The notes beneath the pieces are model-generated. The model was not told the origin of the DNA and made no database searches. It saw nothing but the letters and a program-made list of their open reading frames with translations. 64,000 bases of DNA, taken from Octopus vulgaris. Taxonomy: Eukaryota. Where the stretch lies: positions 110,360,001 through 110,424,000 of the forward strand of contig OX597814.1 in NCBI GenBank assembly GCA_951406725.2, given 5' to 3'. Numbering within the stretch: the first letter of the stretch is position 1; every line of letters starts with the position of its first letter. The position numbers and the translations under genes were made by a program. Positions 1-12,309 of this stretch are shown here, in pieces.

Positions 1-611
1 TCATTGGATTTCAAGTGAACAACCCACTCACCCCTACAAACTTTTTGAAACAAGATGTGAGGGGTGAAATTCAAGCCATGGTCAAAGTGTCACTCACACA
101 CACATACAAAATCACCACCACCATCACATAATGCTATTTTAGTAATAGAGGCCAACAAAGAGGACTCTACAGGATTTATAATGCAGGCAAAAGGCCACAA
201 ATTTGGGGACAGAACATAGTCAATTATCATCATCATTATTCTTTTCATCCTTTCAAGAGAAGTGGGGTCAATAAAAATAAAATACCAGTTAACTACTGGG
301 GTCAAATATGGGACCTGGCTCAGTACATGCAACAGAGTGGACTCCATTAACCAAATTTCATTCACATAGCTTTGGTCAGCCTGAGTCCCGAAATTTCAAT
401 CCTTCTCTCTGTCTGTTATCATCATTGTCATATACATGTCCACTTTACCATGCCTGTATGGGTTGGATGGAATCCATTGAAACAGATTTTCTATGGCCAA
501 ATGCCTTCTTCACCTGTTTCTTAACAAGGTAATATTTCTCCATGGCTGAATGTTTTCATAGATGATTCAAAACGTGTGTGTGTGTGTACGTGTTACACAC
601 AATACACATAT

Positions 612-892
612 AGAAGACACTTGCCCAAGAGGGCTGCACAGTGAGATTGAATTTGAAACCAGTACCACCAAACTGGCCCTCGTGCCGGTGGCACGTAAAA
701 GCACCCACTACACTCTCAGAGTGGTTGGTGTTAGGAAGGGCATCCAGCTGTAGAAATTCTGCCAGATCAAGATTGGAGTCTGGTTCACCAGACCTCAGTC
801 GAATCGTCCAACCCATGCTAGCATGGAAAGTGGACGTTAAATGATGATGATGTAGTTGTGGAAGCAAACTTCATAACCACACAGCCATGCCT
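612..892 (-). mobile_element. tRNA-derived SINE (family D) head, interrupted by an RTE-tail insertion
   Basis: AGAAGACACTTGCCCAAG...GAAACCA resumes after 850 as TGTAGTTGTGGAAGCAAAC...ACCACACAGCCATGCCTG; colinear with intact copies at 9280-9368 and 14770-14862. Confidence 0.7.
662..850 (+). mobile_element. 5'-truncated RTE 3'-end / SINE (family A)
   Basis: GTGCCGGTGGCAC hairpin, GAGTGGTTGGTGTTAGGAAGGGCATCCAGCTG core, CATGCTAGCATGG and (GAT)n tail; many copies in window. Confidence 0.85.
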
Positions 893-1099
893 GGCTGTTT
901 GATTATCAAGTCTTCGTCAATGAGCTTTACTTGTTTTTCTTTTTTTTATTGCTCAGACAATAAATATGAGTCACATTCAGTGTCGTTATGAGTAACAGTC
1001 TGTGAAATCTAACGATATTAATAATGACGAGTGTTTTTGTTTTTTTTTTTTGTCCATTCTGTAATGTGGTTAACACTTGGCATGTTGCTTTATTTCACA

Positions 1100-1733
1100 G
1101 CCAACTGTGATCGTCTGCTTAGCTTTGGATGATCAGAAGAAAACTTTTCAGCGCCAGTTTTGTTATCGCCGTCCTCGTCGTTGCTGTTGTAGCCGTAGCT
1201 AATCGATATTTGTCTTAATTTTCTGCAATTCAGTTTATTTGATTCCATTTACATATCCGTTTATCACTATATCAAGAATATAAGTGTCTTCAATCAGTTT
1301 CTGAATTTGTTTTCTCTTTAGCACTTTCCAATTAAGCGAGAATATTTCAATAGCCGGCAACCTTTTAATTAGTTATTAATTTTTGTTACAAGCAATCTCT
1401 CCCCCATCTCTCTTTTTCTCTTCTTCACTTTCTCTTTCTTTCCGTCTTTTTCGCTCCCTCTGCCTCTTTTTGTCTCTCTCTTCCCCTTCTTTCAGTTATT
1501 TTCTTCCTCCAAAAATACTGTGTATAGGCCCTACACTAGTCACCTGTGTGTATATAATCATATAAACCAGTCACAATTGCAGGGGGGGGGTAATCTTACA
1601 TGCAATATGATACGAGCCATTTTCGTTCAAAAAAAAATCGGGAGACTCGGCTTCCCCCCCCCCCTCTCTTTTACTTATAAATCGAATATTACCGGATCCC
1701 TTTTCTTTCAGTTGCGCGTCTAGTTTACACTTA

Positions 1734-1776
<43 letters not shown>

Positions 1777-2300
1777 ACACACACACTCACTCACTCATTT
1801 ATGGTAGTAATTATGATTAAGTTAAATAATTACTGATACATATATACTTTGTCACTACGATTGCTGCTTGCTTCGTCACGTCTTGCTTCTTTTATATTTA
1901 ATTTTGCTCTGCTTAACAAACTCCCGTCTCCAAGCACCAGTATTAGAAATACCATCTCTGATATCATACAACTATACACTGCCAAACACTGCTAACATCA
2001 ACACCACCGCTCATTCATCATCTTCGCCGCCATCACCACCAAAATCAGCCTGCTTCCATCGCCGCCACCTCACCAAACACTCATTTAGGTAATAATACGT
2101 AGGCACCGCTCATACAACCAAGTGTCATACACGTGTTATTGTTTGTTGTTGCTAAATAATAATAATATGGCTATGGAAACGTTTGCTGGCACCGCCTGTC
2201 TTCATACCCTCCTCCCTCGTTCTAGATAAATAGTTCTGATCGAAAACAATTTCCAATAAGCCAGTTATTTACTATATCATTCGCGGTGAGTACAATGACA
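1100..2300. promoter_or_regulatory. CpG-enriched probable promoter / first-exon region of the nuclear receptor gene
   Basis: Visibly more CpGs than the depleted surroundings, no recognisable transposon, pyrimidine tract 1400-1510, (CT)n 1737-1771, consensus donor G|GTGAGT at 2285/2286. Confidence 0.5.
1737..1797. repeat. (CT)n then (CA)n/(CACT)n microsatellite
   Basis: Direct reading. Confidence 0.95.
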
Positions 2301-4229
2301 AAATCCCTTATTTGATCAGCGCTTCTCAACTAATATTCCCAATAACATGTATGCATTCATAGAGGAAAAGTGTATGTATAAACATGTATACGTTTGTATG
2401 TGAGCAATGACTGTTTCTATGTGTGTGTGTATGTTAAAGGAAGAGTGATACATGTGTTCGCGCGAAATGTTTGCGGGTGCATGTGTCATTATACAATATA
2501 TGTCAGTGATGTAGGTAGGTGTATGGATGTGCGCAATGTATTGCCTGTATGTAAATGACTAATGAAAGTGTGTGTGTACGTGGATGTGTAATGCGTGTGT
2601 GCAATAATTGATATATATATATATATATATATATATGACTAATGACGGTAATGAATGTGTAATATAGATGTATGTAATGGTTACATATATATTTATATAT
2701 TATATGAGCGTGTGTGTAATGTAGAAGGGTTATAAGTGTCTATATGTTGAGGTTATATATTAGTATATTATATTTGACTATATTGATATTTAATGTTACC
2801 AGGTGTGTAGAAAGATTACGCACACGTACACACACATATGTATGTATATAGATTTTTTTTTGTCCTTGATGACTGCTGTTTTCTTTTCTGGATGATATTG
2901 ACCTTCACCATCATCATCACCCAACTCTACAATCACGGTTCTTTATAAATTAGATCAACAACATTCACCCACTTGTAAGTTCTCTGTCCAATCTAATATT
3001 GCGGTCAATGAACTTGTTTCCTTCCGTTGTTCTAATTTTCCCCCAATAACCTTTGCTGTTGTTTAACCCAGGGCCGTCCAACATTCAATAGATATACATG
3101 ATCAGAGATATTCTAGTAAAATTAAGACTCCTAAATATAAATATTTTAGACTCCCAAATGTAGGACATATCTAATATGTCCTTCCAGTATTTAAGGCAGT
3201 AGGGAGTGATTCGAGGAAGACCTGGGGCAGGGTGCTCCCATAAGGGAAAAGAAAGAGGGTTTTTCCTTTTTATGCTCGTTTTTTTTTTGTTTTGTTTTTT
3301 TAGTAATCGTGTTTCATTCAACAGAAATTACAGTTACACCCCTGCCTTTTTTCCATAACCTTTTCGTTTCTTACGAGATACCGGGTGCCTAATCCGAAAC
3401 TCCACCAAATTTAGCTGGTATTTCTAGCAGACCATATCACCAGATAGGGGTTCACCTCGTTGTTTCGTGTCTGATGTTTAGCTGACTAAAGCATTCTAGT
3501 CGTGACTAATCCACCTTTTTGGGGGAGGGGGTCAGGCCTATTATATATATATCGGACTACAATGTATCCTTCCTCCTCTTCACCTTTAATATTTTAATGG
3601 AGATTTAGTTGCTATTTCTAGCAAGCCGGTTCTAGCCAACCACGTTGTTTTGTTTTTCTCTGCAAATCATGAGCATTCACAGCCATGCCGCAGCTGCGGC
3701 CGAAGCAGCAGTAGTAGTAGTGGGGGAGGGGGAGGACTACTACATCTGCTGCTGCTTTATTTATTTACAATTTTTCCCGCTTTATATTCGCAAATTTTAT
3801 GAAAACATGAATACTCTCTGCTGGAAATATGCCATATACCCATCCGGTCATCGACTTTGGTGTGCGTGCGTGTGTATAAATATCGCTTGTACCCCACCCA
3901 ACTCGCACACCTATGCCCATCGCTTTCTACAGAACACCCCGACTCTCCCTCTCATCTTAATTCATCCCCATAGAATTGCATTCCCACATGGTCCCTAAAC
4001 TTTTTTCTTTCCTCTTCCGTTTTGTTTTCTTATGAAGAATGCTAATGTCCAAAGCGTAAAGATTCTTTCCCTTTTTCTTTTCAAGTGGGAGGTTTATAAT
4101 TGTCTATGTTTTTTTTTTCTTCTTTGCCTTCTTTTTTGCTCATTCATCACATACATACATGCATGCACACATTGTTGTCTTAAGGCATAGGCACACTGGG
4201 TAGTTGCTCAGGGACCTCACAGGTCTAGG

Positions 4230-5009
4230 CAGCGCTGGATTAACCGTTAAGCAAAATAAGCACATGCTTAGGGCATCAAGGGAAGGAAATGGTTTACAGC
4301 ACAAAAGAATCACTTTAAACTTGATAAAATAATATTAGGGAAGCCTGATCAGAGACTTCGCAATTCAAAAAAGTAGGAGCGAACTTTTCAAATTAAATAA
4401 ATGGATCTTTTCCAAAAGATGGACAGAATTTTCTACTTAACTAAATAATTTGAAACTTCGTATACTGGTAGAATGTGTCAAAAGAGAACATACAACACAC
4501 AACAAACACACACACATACACAACAAAAACACACACACACAGGTAATCGTTCCGTAAGTCAGGGATGACATTGAAATAAACATGCGAGAAGCCTTTGAAG
4601 ACAGAAAACAGAAGACAGTGATAAGGATGAATAACACGGCAGTTAATGAATTGAGCTCAAAACAGAGAATACGATTGGTTAAAATTCGAAGAATTAAACT
4701 ACGTAAAAGTTACAAAATACATTTTTCTCAAAAAAAAACTAATTGAAATTAATGTTTTCTTTTGACACATTCTACCAGTATACGAAGTTTCAAATTATTT
4801 AGTTAAGTAGAAAATTCTGTCCATCTTTTAGAAAAGATCCGAAATATACAAAGCTAAACATTATTTTCCTTCTTATTGTTTTGTTTCATTTTGAAAAATA
4901 ATTTATTTTATGGTTTGTTATTGTTTATATTTCGAATTACATAATCTTTTATGGGGACACCAAAATCTTTTAAGTACTTAGGACCTCAATGGGTCTTAAT
5001 CCGGCCCTG
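4230..5009. mobile_element. hAT-type MITE with 8-bp TSD
   Basis: TIRs CAGCGCTGGATTAA / TTAATCCGGCCCTG; flanks GGTCTAGG (4222-4229) and AGTCTAGG (5010-5017). Confidence 0.75.
4402..4841. mobile_element. Element with 89-bp terminal inverted repeats (MITE/foldback-like)
   Basis: 4402-4490 is a near-perfect reverse complement of 4753-4841. Confidence 0.8.
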
Positions 5010-5196
5010 AGTCTAGGGACCCAATTCTGATCTACATATGTATGCTGTAGCTTGCTGTCAATAAATAAATTGTACAGGGCTCCGTGCCTTGAATTTCCCA
5101 GGGCCCTATGATGCTATTAAGACAGCCCTATATGTGTGTGTATAAAATATACACACACACTCACATATATGAAGGAGAGTAATTAAACACCCCAGC

Positions 5197-5437
5197 TAGG
5201 AAGCCTTCACATAATTGTTGACCTATTGGAAATAGCAGCCAAGTTTCCATCAAACCACACCCTACTGTCTTTAAAAAGTGGAAGGATACTGAATGATGTG
5301 GTCCTAAATATATTGATTAAAAAAATAAGACATGATAGCCATAGCTACTCTTATAAAGATGAACTGATTACAATTGGAATACCCATGACCAGAGGTCTAC
5401 CCTATCAGGGATTACCGGTGGTTAAACAACAACAATC
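5197..5437 (+). mobile_element. Dispersed retroposon family B, (CAA)n tail
   Basis: GAAATAGCAGCCAA...CACACCCTAC...AAACAACAACAA; similar copies near 10880, 12130, 16540, 41040, 43780, 46965, 50240, 53355 (+) and 3050-3630, 12600, 31261 (-). Confidence 0.65.
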
Positions 5438-5874
5438 ATTAGTAAGGACTTGGATGGTAAAAATCACTGGAGTTGCTTCTCTTTACATTCTGTGTTCAAA
5501 TCCTGCTGGGCTCAACTTTACTGTTCGTCCTTCTGGGGTTCATAAAGTACCAGTCAAACATTGCAACTGATAAAAAGAACTACACCTGTCCTTAAGATAT
5601 GTGGCCTTGTGTTTAAAAGAAGGGTTGTGGGTTGGCAGAATCAGTAGAGCATCAGACAAAATTAGGTATTTTTTTTTTCTGGCTCTTTATGATCATAGTT
5701 TGAACTATACTGAGTTCACCTTTGCCTTTTATCCTTCTGAGGTTGATAAAATAAAATACCAGTCTAGGGATGATTTTGTTGGTTATTATTCATCAATCCA
5801 CCCACTTTTTCCACCTCTTATTCCTGGAAGAGTAATGGGGGTAGAGTCCTCAAGCACCTCTTCTAGAGGGTTTT

Positions 5875-6262
5875 AATAAAAATAATAATAATGAAATTAT
5901 TGTATACAGTGCTCGGGTGCACCACAACTTGTCAAAAGTGCGTATAAAGTATATGCAGTAATGTACAAATGTCTGGAAAGCGAACAGTATATGAGTCAGA
6001 TACACGCTTGCGTGTGTATGGAGGAGAGAAAATCAGGTATAGTGTTGGCGAATCTCAGGAAGCATGGAAGTTTTGAAGGATGCAGTGCTCCAACAACTAA
6101 CAACTGATGCCGGCAGTTTGTTCCATGCTTCAGCAACTCTTAGAGTGAAAAAAATGTTTCCGAAAGTCATGGGAGCTGTGCTGTTTTCTGACTTTGTAAA
6201 CATGTCCACGGGTGTTAGACAGGTGGAGTTTGAAAAGGTGCTCATAGTTATTGTTTTATCGT
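5875..6262 (-). mobile_element. CR1/L2-type LINE 3' fragment
   Basis: Encodes FFTLRVAEAWNKLPASVV...FK, the typical CR1/L2 ORF2 C-terminal motif, followed by a 3' UTR and (ATT)n tail. Confidence 0.8.
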
Positions 6263-6770
6263 AAGCAACTCTCATTTCATTTTCTGACTGGATTCCTAAG
6301 CTTGTCCAACTGAGACTATGGATAGTATCCAACCCTCTTGTTCTTGGTCTACCCCTAGGTCTCCTACAGGTTGACCTGGTTTGAAGAATGTATCTTGCAG
6401 TTCTTTCCTGTGACGTTCTAATCACATGTCCATAGTACCAGAGCTGTAGCTTCTCAATGTGGAGAAGTAGCTGCTCAACCTGGAGAGATTCTCCAATCTT
6501 TGAACTACAAACCCTGTCAAAATCCTTTTGTATTCATAATCATACCCTGTTGGTCATTAACCAACATTCAAGACCAAAGGTGAAGATAGGAATAGAAACC
6601 AAACTGAAGGTAACATGTTTGGCCATATACATAACCCAAATTTGTTATCTGCTGTCATTAGAGCATTGGACAAAAACAAATGCTCTACGGCAGTACTTCT
6701 CAAACTATCTGATGTGGCATACCAACAGGGTTTTTTTTTTGTTTTCCAATGTACCAGGGACCGGTAATAT
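6263..6770 (-). mobile_element. Degraded RTE-clade LINE fragment
   Basis: LQLWYYGHVIRT...RRPRGRPRTR matches the RTE ORF C-terminal LRWxGHVxR / RPRGRP motifs. Confidence 0.7.
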
Positions 6771-6790
6771 TTCTTAGTAATATTAATTCA

Positions 6791-7185
6791 CTAGCAGTAT
6801 CGCCCGGCGTTGCTCGGGTTGTAAGGGAAATAACTATATAAGCATTTTTAGAGAGTTATAGCCAAAAAATAGCAAAAGAATGCATTAAAAATTGAAAAAA
6901 AATTAAGGTAAATTTTTTTTTAAATCGTTGACACATCGTAGATATTTTTAGAGAGTTACTTCCCTTATATAAAAGCGAAAAAAATGCATTAAAATGGAAA
7001 AATATGATGGTAAATTTTTTTTAAATCGTAGACTCATCGTAGACGCACGCTAATACCCAGAAGGGCTTGATATGAATCACGACTATAAGATACCCGCTTT
7101 TGGTTAAACTGCACCGCAAAATGTGGGAGTAGTTAGGAATCTAAATCGTAGGAGACAGACACACAACTTCACTCTTATATAAAGA
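6791..7185 (-). mobile_element. Non-autonomous Helitron
   Basis: Minus strand starts TC (7185-7184) after A, ends with hairpin CCCGAGCAACGCCGGG then CTAG (6794-6791) before T; no TSD; internal diverged direct repeat. Confidence 0.85.
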
Positions 7186-7202
7186 TGCTTTTTTTTTTTC
7201 AG

Positions 7203-7516
7203 TCATAGAGTTAGATTTATGAAGGTCTTCAGTAGAAAATCCTTCGAATTCTGACTCACTGCTTGATATAATGAAATTCGTATCCATTTTTTGTCAGAAT
7301 TACAAATTTTGAAAACACAATAGGAACAAATTTCGGAAAAAAATCTCCCATAATTCACGGAATTAAAATTACACTTCGATTTTTGTACAAAACTGTAGTT
7401 GAAGTGTTTACGAAGTATAATACGTGTTTTCACGAATATACTAAAGAGATTTGCTCTGATATTCTCATTTAAATATGAATAGGTAAATTCGGGCGGCTTG
7501 GTAACGAAAGGGTTAA
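7203..7516. mobile_element. piggyBac-type MITE end
   Basis: Terminates ...GTAACGAAAGGG|TTAA; other end not found. Confidence 0.5.
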
Positions 7517-7536
7517 ACGGATGCATACATTTATTA

Positions 7537-8398
7537 ATCTCTTATTATAATAACTATATATAAGTGTCGTCTGTTTATACATAAACACTGTTTCATACTG
7601 CAATTATATATACATATATCTATATATAATATTATATAATAAAATATATACAGAGTAAAATAAAAACCAATTTACCTTTTCTGTCCGTCCGTGTGTCTTT
7701 GCAAATGTGTTGGAATGATAAGTGAGTTGGGTTTTGGCGCCTTTTTTACTAATAACAAACACACACGTGTTTGTATGTAGTTGTATGTGTATGTAGTTGT
7801 ATATGTATGTGTATGCGTGTGTGTGAGGAATGACACACACACACACTCACGCACGCACACATGTACATCAATGCTTTCGGAGTGATATGTTAAAATATTG
7901 AGTTTTCTCGAATTTTGTCTTAATTGGGGGTGAAATTGAAAGAAATATATTATGGCATGAGCGAATGGAGTACTTTGAAAAATCTTAGGTAAATTCTAAT
8001 TGAAGAAATTGTGTGAGGAGTAAATGGTTATGTATTTATTTGTTTCTGTTTGCTGTGTTTTTTTATTTTTTGAGTAGTGGTTTAAATACTTTCAGTTTAG
8101 TCTTGCTCAAATCACTCTGTCGCTATTTACTTTCATTTTATTCGTTGCACACTGTGTGTGTGCATTTGCGTGTGGTGTAAACCAGACTAAGAAAAGCATT
8201 TGACACACACACCAGAATGTGAGTTTTCTGTAAATTTTGCTTAATTGGAGTTTAAATTTTAAAAACTGGACCTGGCATGACGCGATGCATTCTACTCTTA
8301 AAAATGCTAGGTAAATTGTAATTGAAGAAATCCTATATTGTAGATTTCTATAACTCCCAAAGGGAGGCAGATAAAATCTGCCTTTTATAATAAGAGAT
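7537..8398. mobile_element. Unclassified DNA element with 14-bp inverted ends
   Basis: ATCTCTTATTATAA (7537-7550) / TTATAATAAGAGAT (8385-8398); subterminal hairpin GGCAGATAAAATCTGCC; diverged internal direct repeat ~7900-8010 vs ~8222-8331. Confidence 0.6.
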
Positions 8399-8999
8399 AT
8401 CAGAAATAATATATATAATGAATATAATAGAAGTTGACAATTCTTTTTATGTTATATTAATTTTGTAAGCAAATAATACAATATTACATAAGCATTTTCT
8501 TTTCTGGAAGCCACTTTGAGTAGCATTGCTCTACAGTATTTTTTCTAGTAAGCATTGTAAGTTCAAACCTCCCTGTGTCCAACTTTGTCTTTCACCCTTC
8601 TGAGGTCCATAAGTACGAGTCAAATACTTGTGATCAGCTAATCCCCACCTTCCGAATTTACAGTTTTGTGTCTATGTTAAAAATAATTAAGAACTTCTTT
8701 ATTAGCAAATTTGCATGATGAGCTTTAACTTTTTTCTTACTTGAGGTGGTGCTGTAGCAGGAGAGGTTAATGCTTGAGATTAAAGACTTATAATGGTTGT
8801 GGATCAGTCTTTTCTTTTCCAATCTGCCTTATGCTATGAAGACAATAGAACAAACAAATAAATCCAAAATATTATGAAATAGAGTCGGATAATGTTGATG
8901 TGGTGACCTCTGAAGATGGGGTTGACTGTTGCACAATGCTGGTGCTGGCAGGCTTAATGTTCCCAAGTTAGTTTGTTTTTTTTTACTTTTATTTGTTTC

Positions 9000-9368
9000 A
9001 GTCATTAGGCTGTGGCCATGCTGGAGTGCCACTTTGAAAAATTTATAGTGGAATTTTTAGTCAAATTAATCAACTCCAGTACCTTCTTTTTTTTTAACCT
9101 GGTAATTATTCTGTGGATATTTGGCCAAACCACTAAGTTACAGGGCCATAAACACACCAACACCGGTTATCAAGTGGTGGTGGTGGTGGACAGACACAAA
9201 GACACATATACACAACAGGCTTCTTTCAATTTCCATTGACCAAATCCACTCACAAGGTGTTGAGCAGCCTGAAGCTATAGCAGAAGACACTTGCAGAAGG
9301 TGCCATAGAGTGGGATTGAACCTGGAACCATATGGTTGGGAAATAAAGCTTCTTACCACACAGCCACT
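9000..9368 (-). mobile_element. tRNA-derived SINE (family D and associated tail)
   Basis: Reverse complement starts GTGGCTGTGTGGTAAG (A box) with GGTTCAATCCC (B box); related copies 14700-14862 (-), 20330-20460, 23875-24010, 55030-55190, 58915-59230 (+). Confidence 0.75.
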
Positions 9369-9847
9369 GAATATTCCATAAAACTTTCATTACAACCTTC
9401 TGTTAATTTCCTGTAATCACGAATATTCTGTCAACTCTCTTCAAAATATGTTGTTAATTATTAACATGCTGACTAATTATTTTAGTGACAAAATGTTTTC
9501 TATTTAAATCTTCATTCTGGAGGTATGCAGTGAATTGGTTTAGCTTCTAGTTAGCTATTTTCAGCTGTCCTGTGATTATAGGCATCCCAGCCACACTCAA
9601 AAAGATTAGAACATTCAGTTTAACTGAATGTGTGAGTGTGTGTGTTGGTGAAGTGGTGTACACCCAGTGTCCAATATATCTATCTATCCTCTGATTTGAG
9701 GAAGATTTAGCTACTATTTCTATCTGATTGAGAAGTGGTGTAAGGGCTCTGGTCATGCTAAAATTTTATTTTCAGGTTTTAAAAATTCAGTAACAAAAGT
9801 GAAAAAAGAAAAAAAAGACACTAAAAAAGATTAGAATATTCAGTTTA

Positions 9848-9852
<5 letters not shown>

Positions 9853-9915
<63 letters not shown>

Positions 9916-9944
9916 AGTGAGAGAGAGAGAGTGTGTGTGTGTGT
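9853..9944. repeat. (GT)n/(GA)n microsatellite
   Basis: Direct reading. Confidence 0.95.
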
Positions 9945-10421
9945 AATTTGCTAAACATTTACCATTCTTTCACAAAACCTGAAACCTTGTACATTTGTTG
10001 ATTGGTACAGCTAAATCTGTTGTTACTCCACAACAACATAACTTCACGATGCGGTTGACTGAACATCTTATCGCGCACTATCTCTGTTATTTATTCTCTC
10101 TCTAAACAACTCTATTTTTCTGCACCAACCAAAGTTGTACAGTACTGTACATGTTTACATTGAGATTCTTACATTACTTCAGCAAGTAGGCTGAAAGTTT
10201 GCTTTGCTAATGAGGAAATTATAATAATAAATTGAAATATGCCTCAAGTTGTCCCCCTTATTGAAACCATTAAAATAACATCAGTCACTAATCTTTCTCT
10301 AGTTGTCTCTTTCTATCTAACTATTCATCTTTATTCAGTAAATTATTACTCTCTGCTAGAAATAGGTCATTGTCATCAATTTTTTACACACACACACACA
10401 CACATTAAGTATCAATTATAT

Positions 10422-10795
10422 GGTGGAGGTGCAATGGCCCAGCAGTTAGGGCAGTAGATTAACAGTCGTAGGATTGCAGTTTTATATTCCCAGACAAGAT
10501 GTTGTGAGTGTTTATTGAGCGAAAACACCTAAAACTCCACGAGGCTCCGGCAGGGTGTGGTGGTGAACCCAGCTGTACTCTTTCACCACAACTTTCTCTC
10601 ACTCTTTCTTCCTGTTTCAGTTGTCCCTGTATTTCAAAGGGGCCAGCCTTGTCATGCTGAATCTCTCTGAGAACTACATTAAGGGCACACGTGTCTGTGG
10701 AGTGCTCAGCCACTTGCACATTAATTTCACGAGCAGGCTGTTCTATTGATCAGATCAACTGGAACCCTCGTCGTCATAACCAATAGAGTGTTACA
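10422..10795 (+). mobile_element. tRNA-derived SINE (family E)
   Basis: Head GGTGGAGGTGCAATGGCCCAGCAGTTAGGGC (A-box-like) and GC-richer body contrasting with flanks. Confidence 0.65.
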
Positions 10796-11280
10796 GTCAG
10801 TCATACACTCTACAGTAAATTCGAGCCACTCCATCTCACTTCTCCACTCCAGCTACCTAGAGATCCCATAATGTGGTAATCATCAAGCTCCAAGAAATAG
10901 CTGCCAGCTTTCCATCAAATCACATTCAGTCATCATATAAAAAAGGACACTGAATAACGCCCTAAATGTACTGTCTGAGAAATAAGACAGGATGGCCAAG
11001 TTCACCCTTATCAATGCAGCATTGTCACATCTGGACTACTTGTGGTCATATGTTTGATTGGTCAGTGCTTACCTGAGGGGGAAACAACAACAGTGCTCAT
11101 TATCTGTCTCGACATAATTATATTTAATTAGATTTTTAATACGTTGACATTAATTATATAATTTACTAGCTTTCACTGACATTTCTTATCTTGCTTACTT
11201 CATAGTTTAGAAAATATAGGCTTTGACATTTTGAAATTACTTAAGAGAAGGCAATTTCAGTGAATTTTTACTTTTATACC

Positions 11281-11401
11281 CATCATTATCATTTAACGTA
11301 AATTTCCCATGCTGGCATCGGTTGGACGGTTTGATAGGAGCTGGTAAGACCAAGGGCTGCACCAGGCTCCATTGTCTGTTTTGATATGATTTCTATGGCT
11401 G
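11281..11401 (-). mobile_element. Family A (RTE 3' end) copy
   Basis: (CAT)n, TTTAACG, CCATGCTGGCAT..GGTTGGACGG. Confidence 0.75.
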
Positions 11402-11696
11402 CCAGAGACTGAGACAAGATGCTTTACTGCATCTGTTCCACTTTGCATTCTGACAGCAACAACACTGGTGCTAAGCTGTATTGGCCCTAAGACATTGGTT
11501 TTTCCCTTGGATAAACACTGATGGCACACAAAAGAAAGAATTTTATGTGTGGGCACCTGCCAATCTTTCTCAAAAAAATCATGCCCAGGTCTGTGCACAT
11601 CAAGTATATGCATGGTCATCCTTAACTGGCAGAGATATGGTATAGTAGAAGAAACTTCTAAAAGTTTATGATAAAATTTGTATATTATGTAACTAA

Positions 11697-11848
11697 CTCG
11701 CGGAGTGGTTGACATTAGGAAGGGCATCCAGCTGTAGAAACTCTGCCAGATCAGACTGGAGCCTGGTGCAGCCCCCGGCTTCCCAGACCCCAGTCGAACT
11801 GTCCAACCCGTGCTAGCGTGGAAAACAGACGTTTAAACGATGATGATG
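11697..11848 (+). mobile_element. Family A (RTE 3' end) copy
   Basis: GGAGTGGTTGACATTAGGAAGGGCATCCAGCTG...AAACGATGATGATGA. Confidence 0.85.
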
Positions 11849-11886
11849 AATTAGTGATGTGTGTATGTAAGATTTAGATACCTTTA

Positions 11887-12085
11887 CAAGATGCAGCAAA
11901 AATAACCTCCCACATTAGCTACATAAAAACACCATTACTACTTGCTTAGTTTCATTAGTGCCACACCAGTGGTTGTGTAAATTGTGAGCAGAAAAACCTT
12001 TACTTTACTGACATGGCACTCGTGAAGCTAGGCAGGTGATAATCAGTGCCTTCAGGTAGCTGATGTGGTCTTTTGCTGCACCTTG
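11887..12085. mobile_element. Tc1/mariner-type MITE
   Basis: TA|CAAGATGCAGCAAAA ... TTTTGCTGCACCTTG|TA; a related degraded copy spans about 15417-15874. Confidence 0.7.
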
Positions 12086-12309
12086 TAGATGTAGCATTAC
12101 AGTTGGCAACTTGAGCCAAGAGACCTCACTATAGCCACACGACCTGCTAGAAATAGCAGTCAAATCGTTCAGATTACATACATTTTATATAAATGATAGA
12201 AAACATTAGATAAAACAATCTTGCATATTCCCCAAAATATGGTCATGGTCTGTTCAGGGCTAAAAACAGACAACCAGCTCTCTCCTTAATCATATCCTAC
12301 CATGTTGTA

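Larger units (their letters stand above)
4170..5129. mobile_element. hAT-type MITE (outer, degraded)
   Basis: Ends CATTGTTGTCTTAA.. and ..TTAAGACAGCCCTA are imperfect inverted repeats; hosts the 4230-5009 insertion. Confidence 0.5.

Noticed and set aside
3645-3998. 117-aa ORF with poly-Ala in a second CpG-rich patch
   Set aside because: Non-ATG start, low complexity, no domain or clear donor; may be regulatory but not supportable as CDS.
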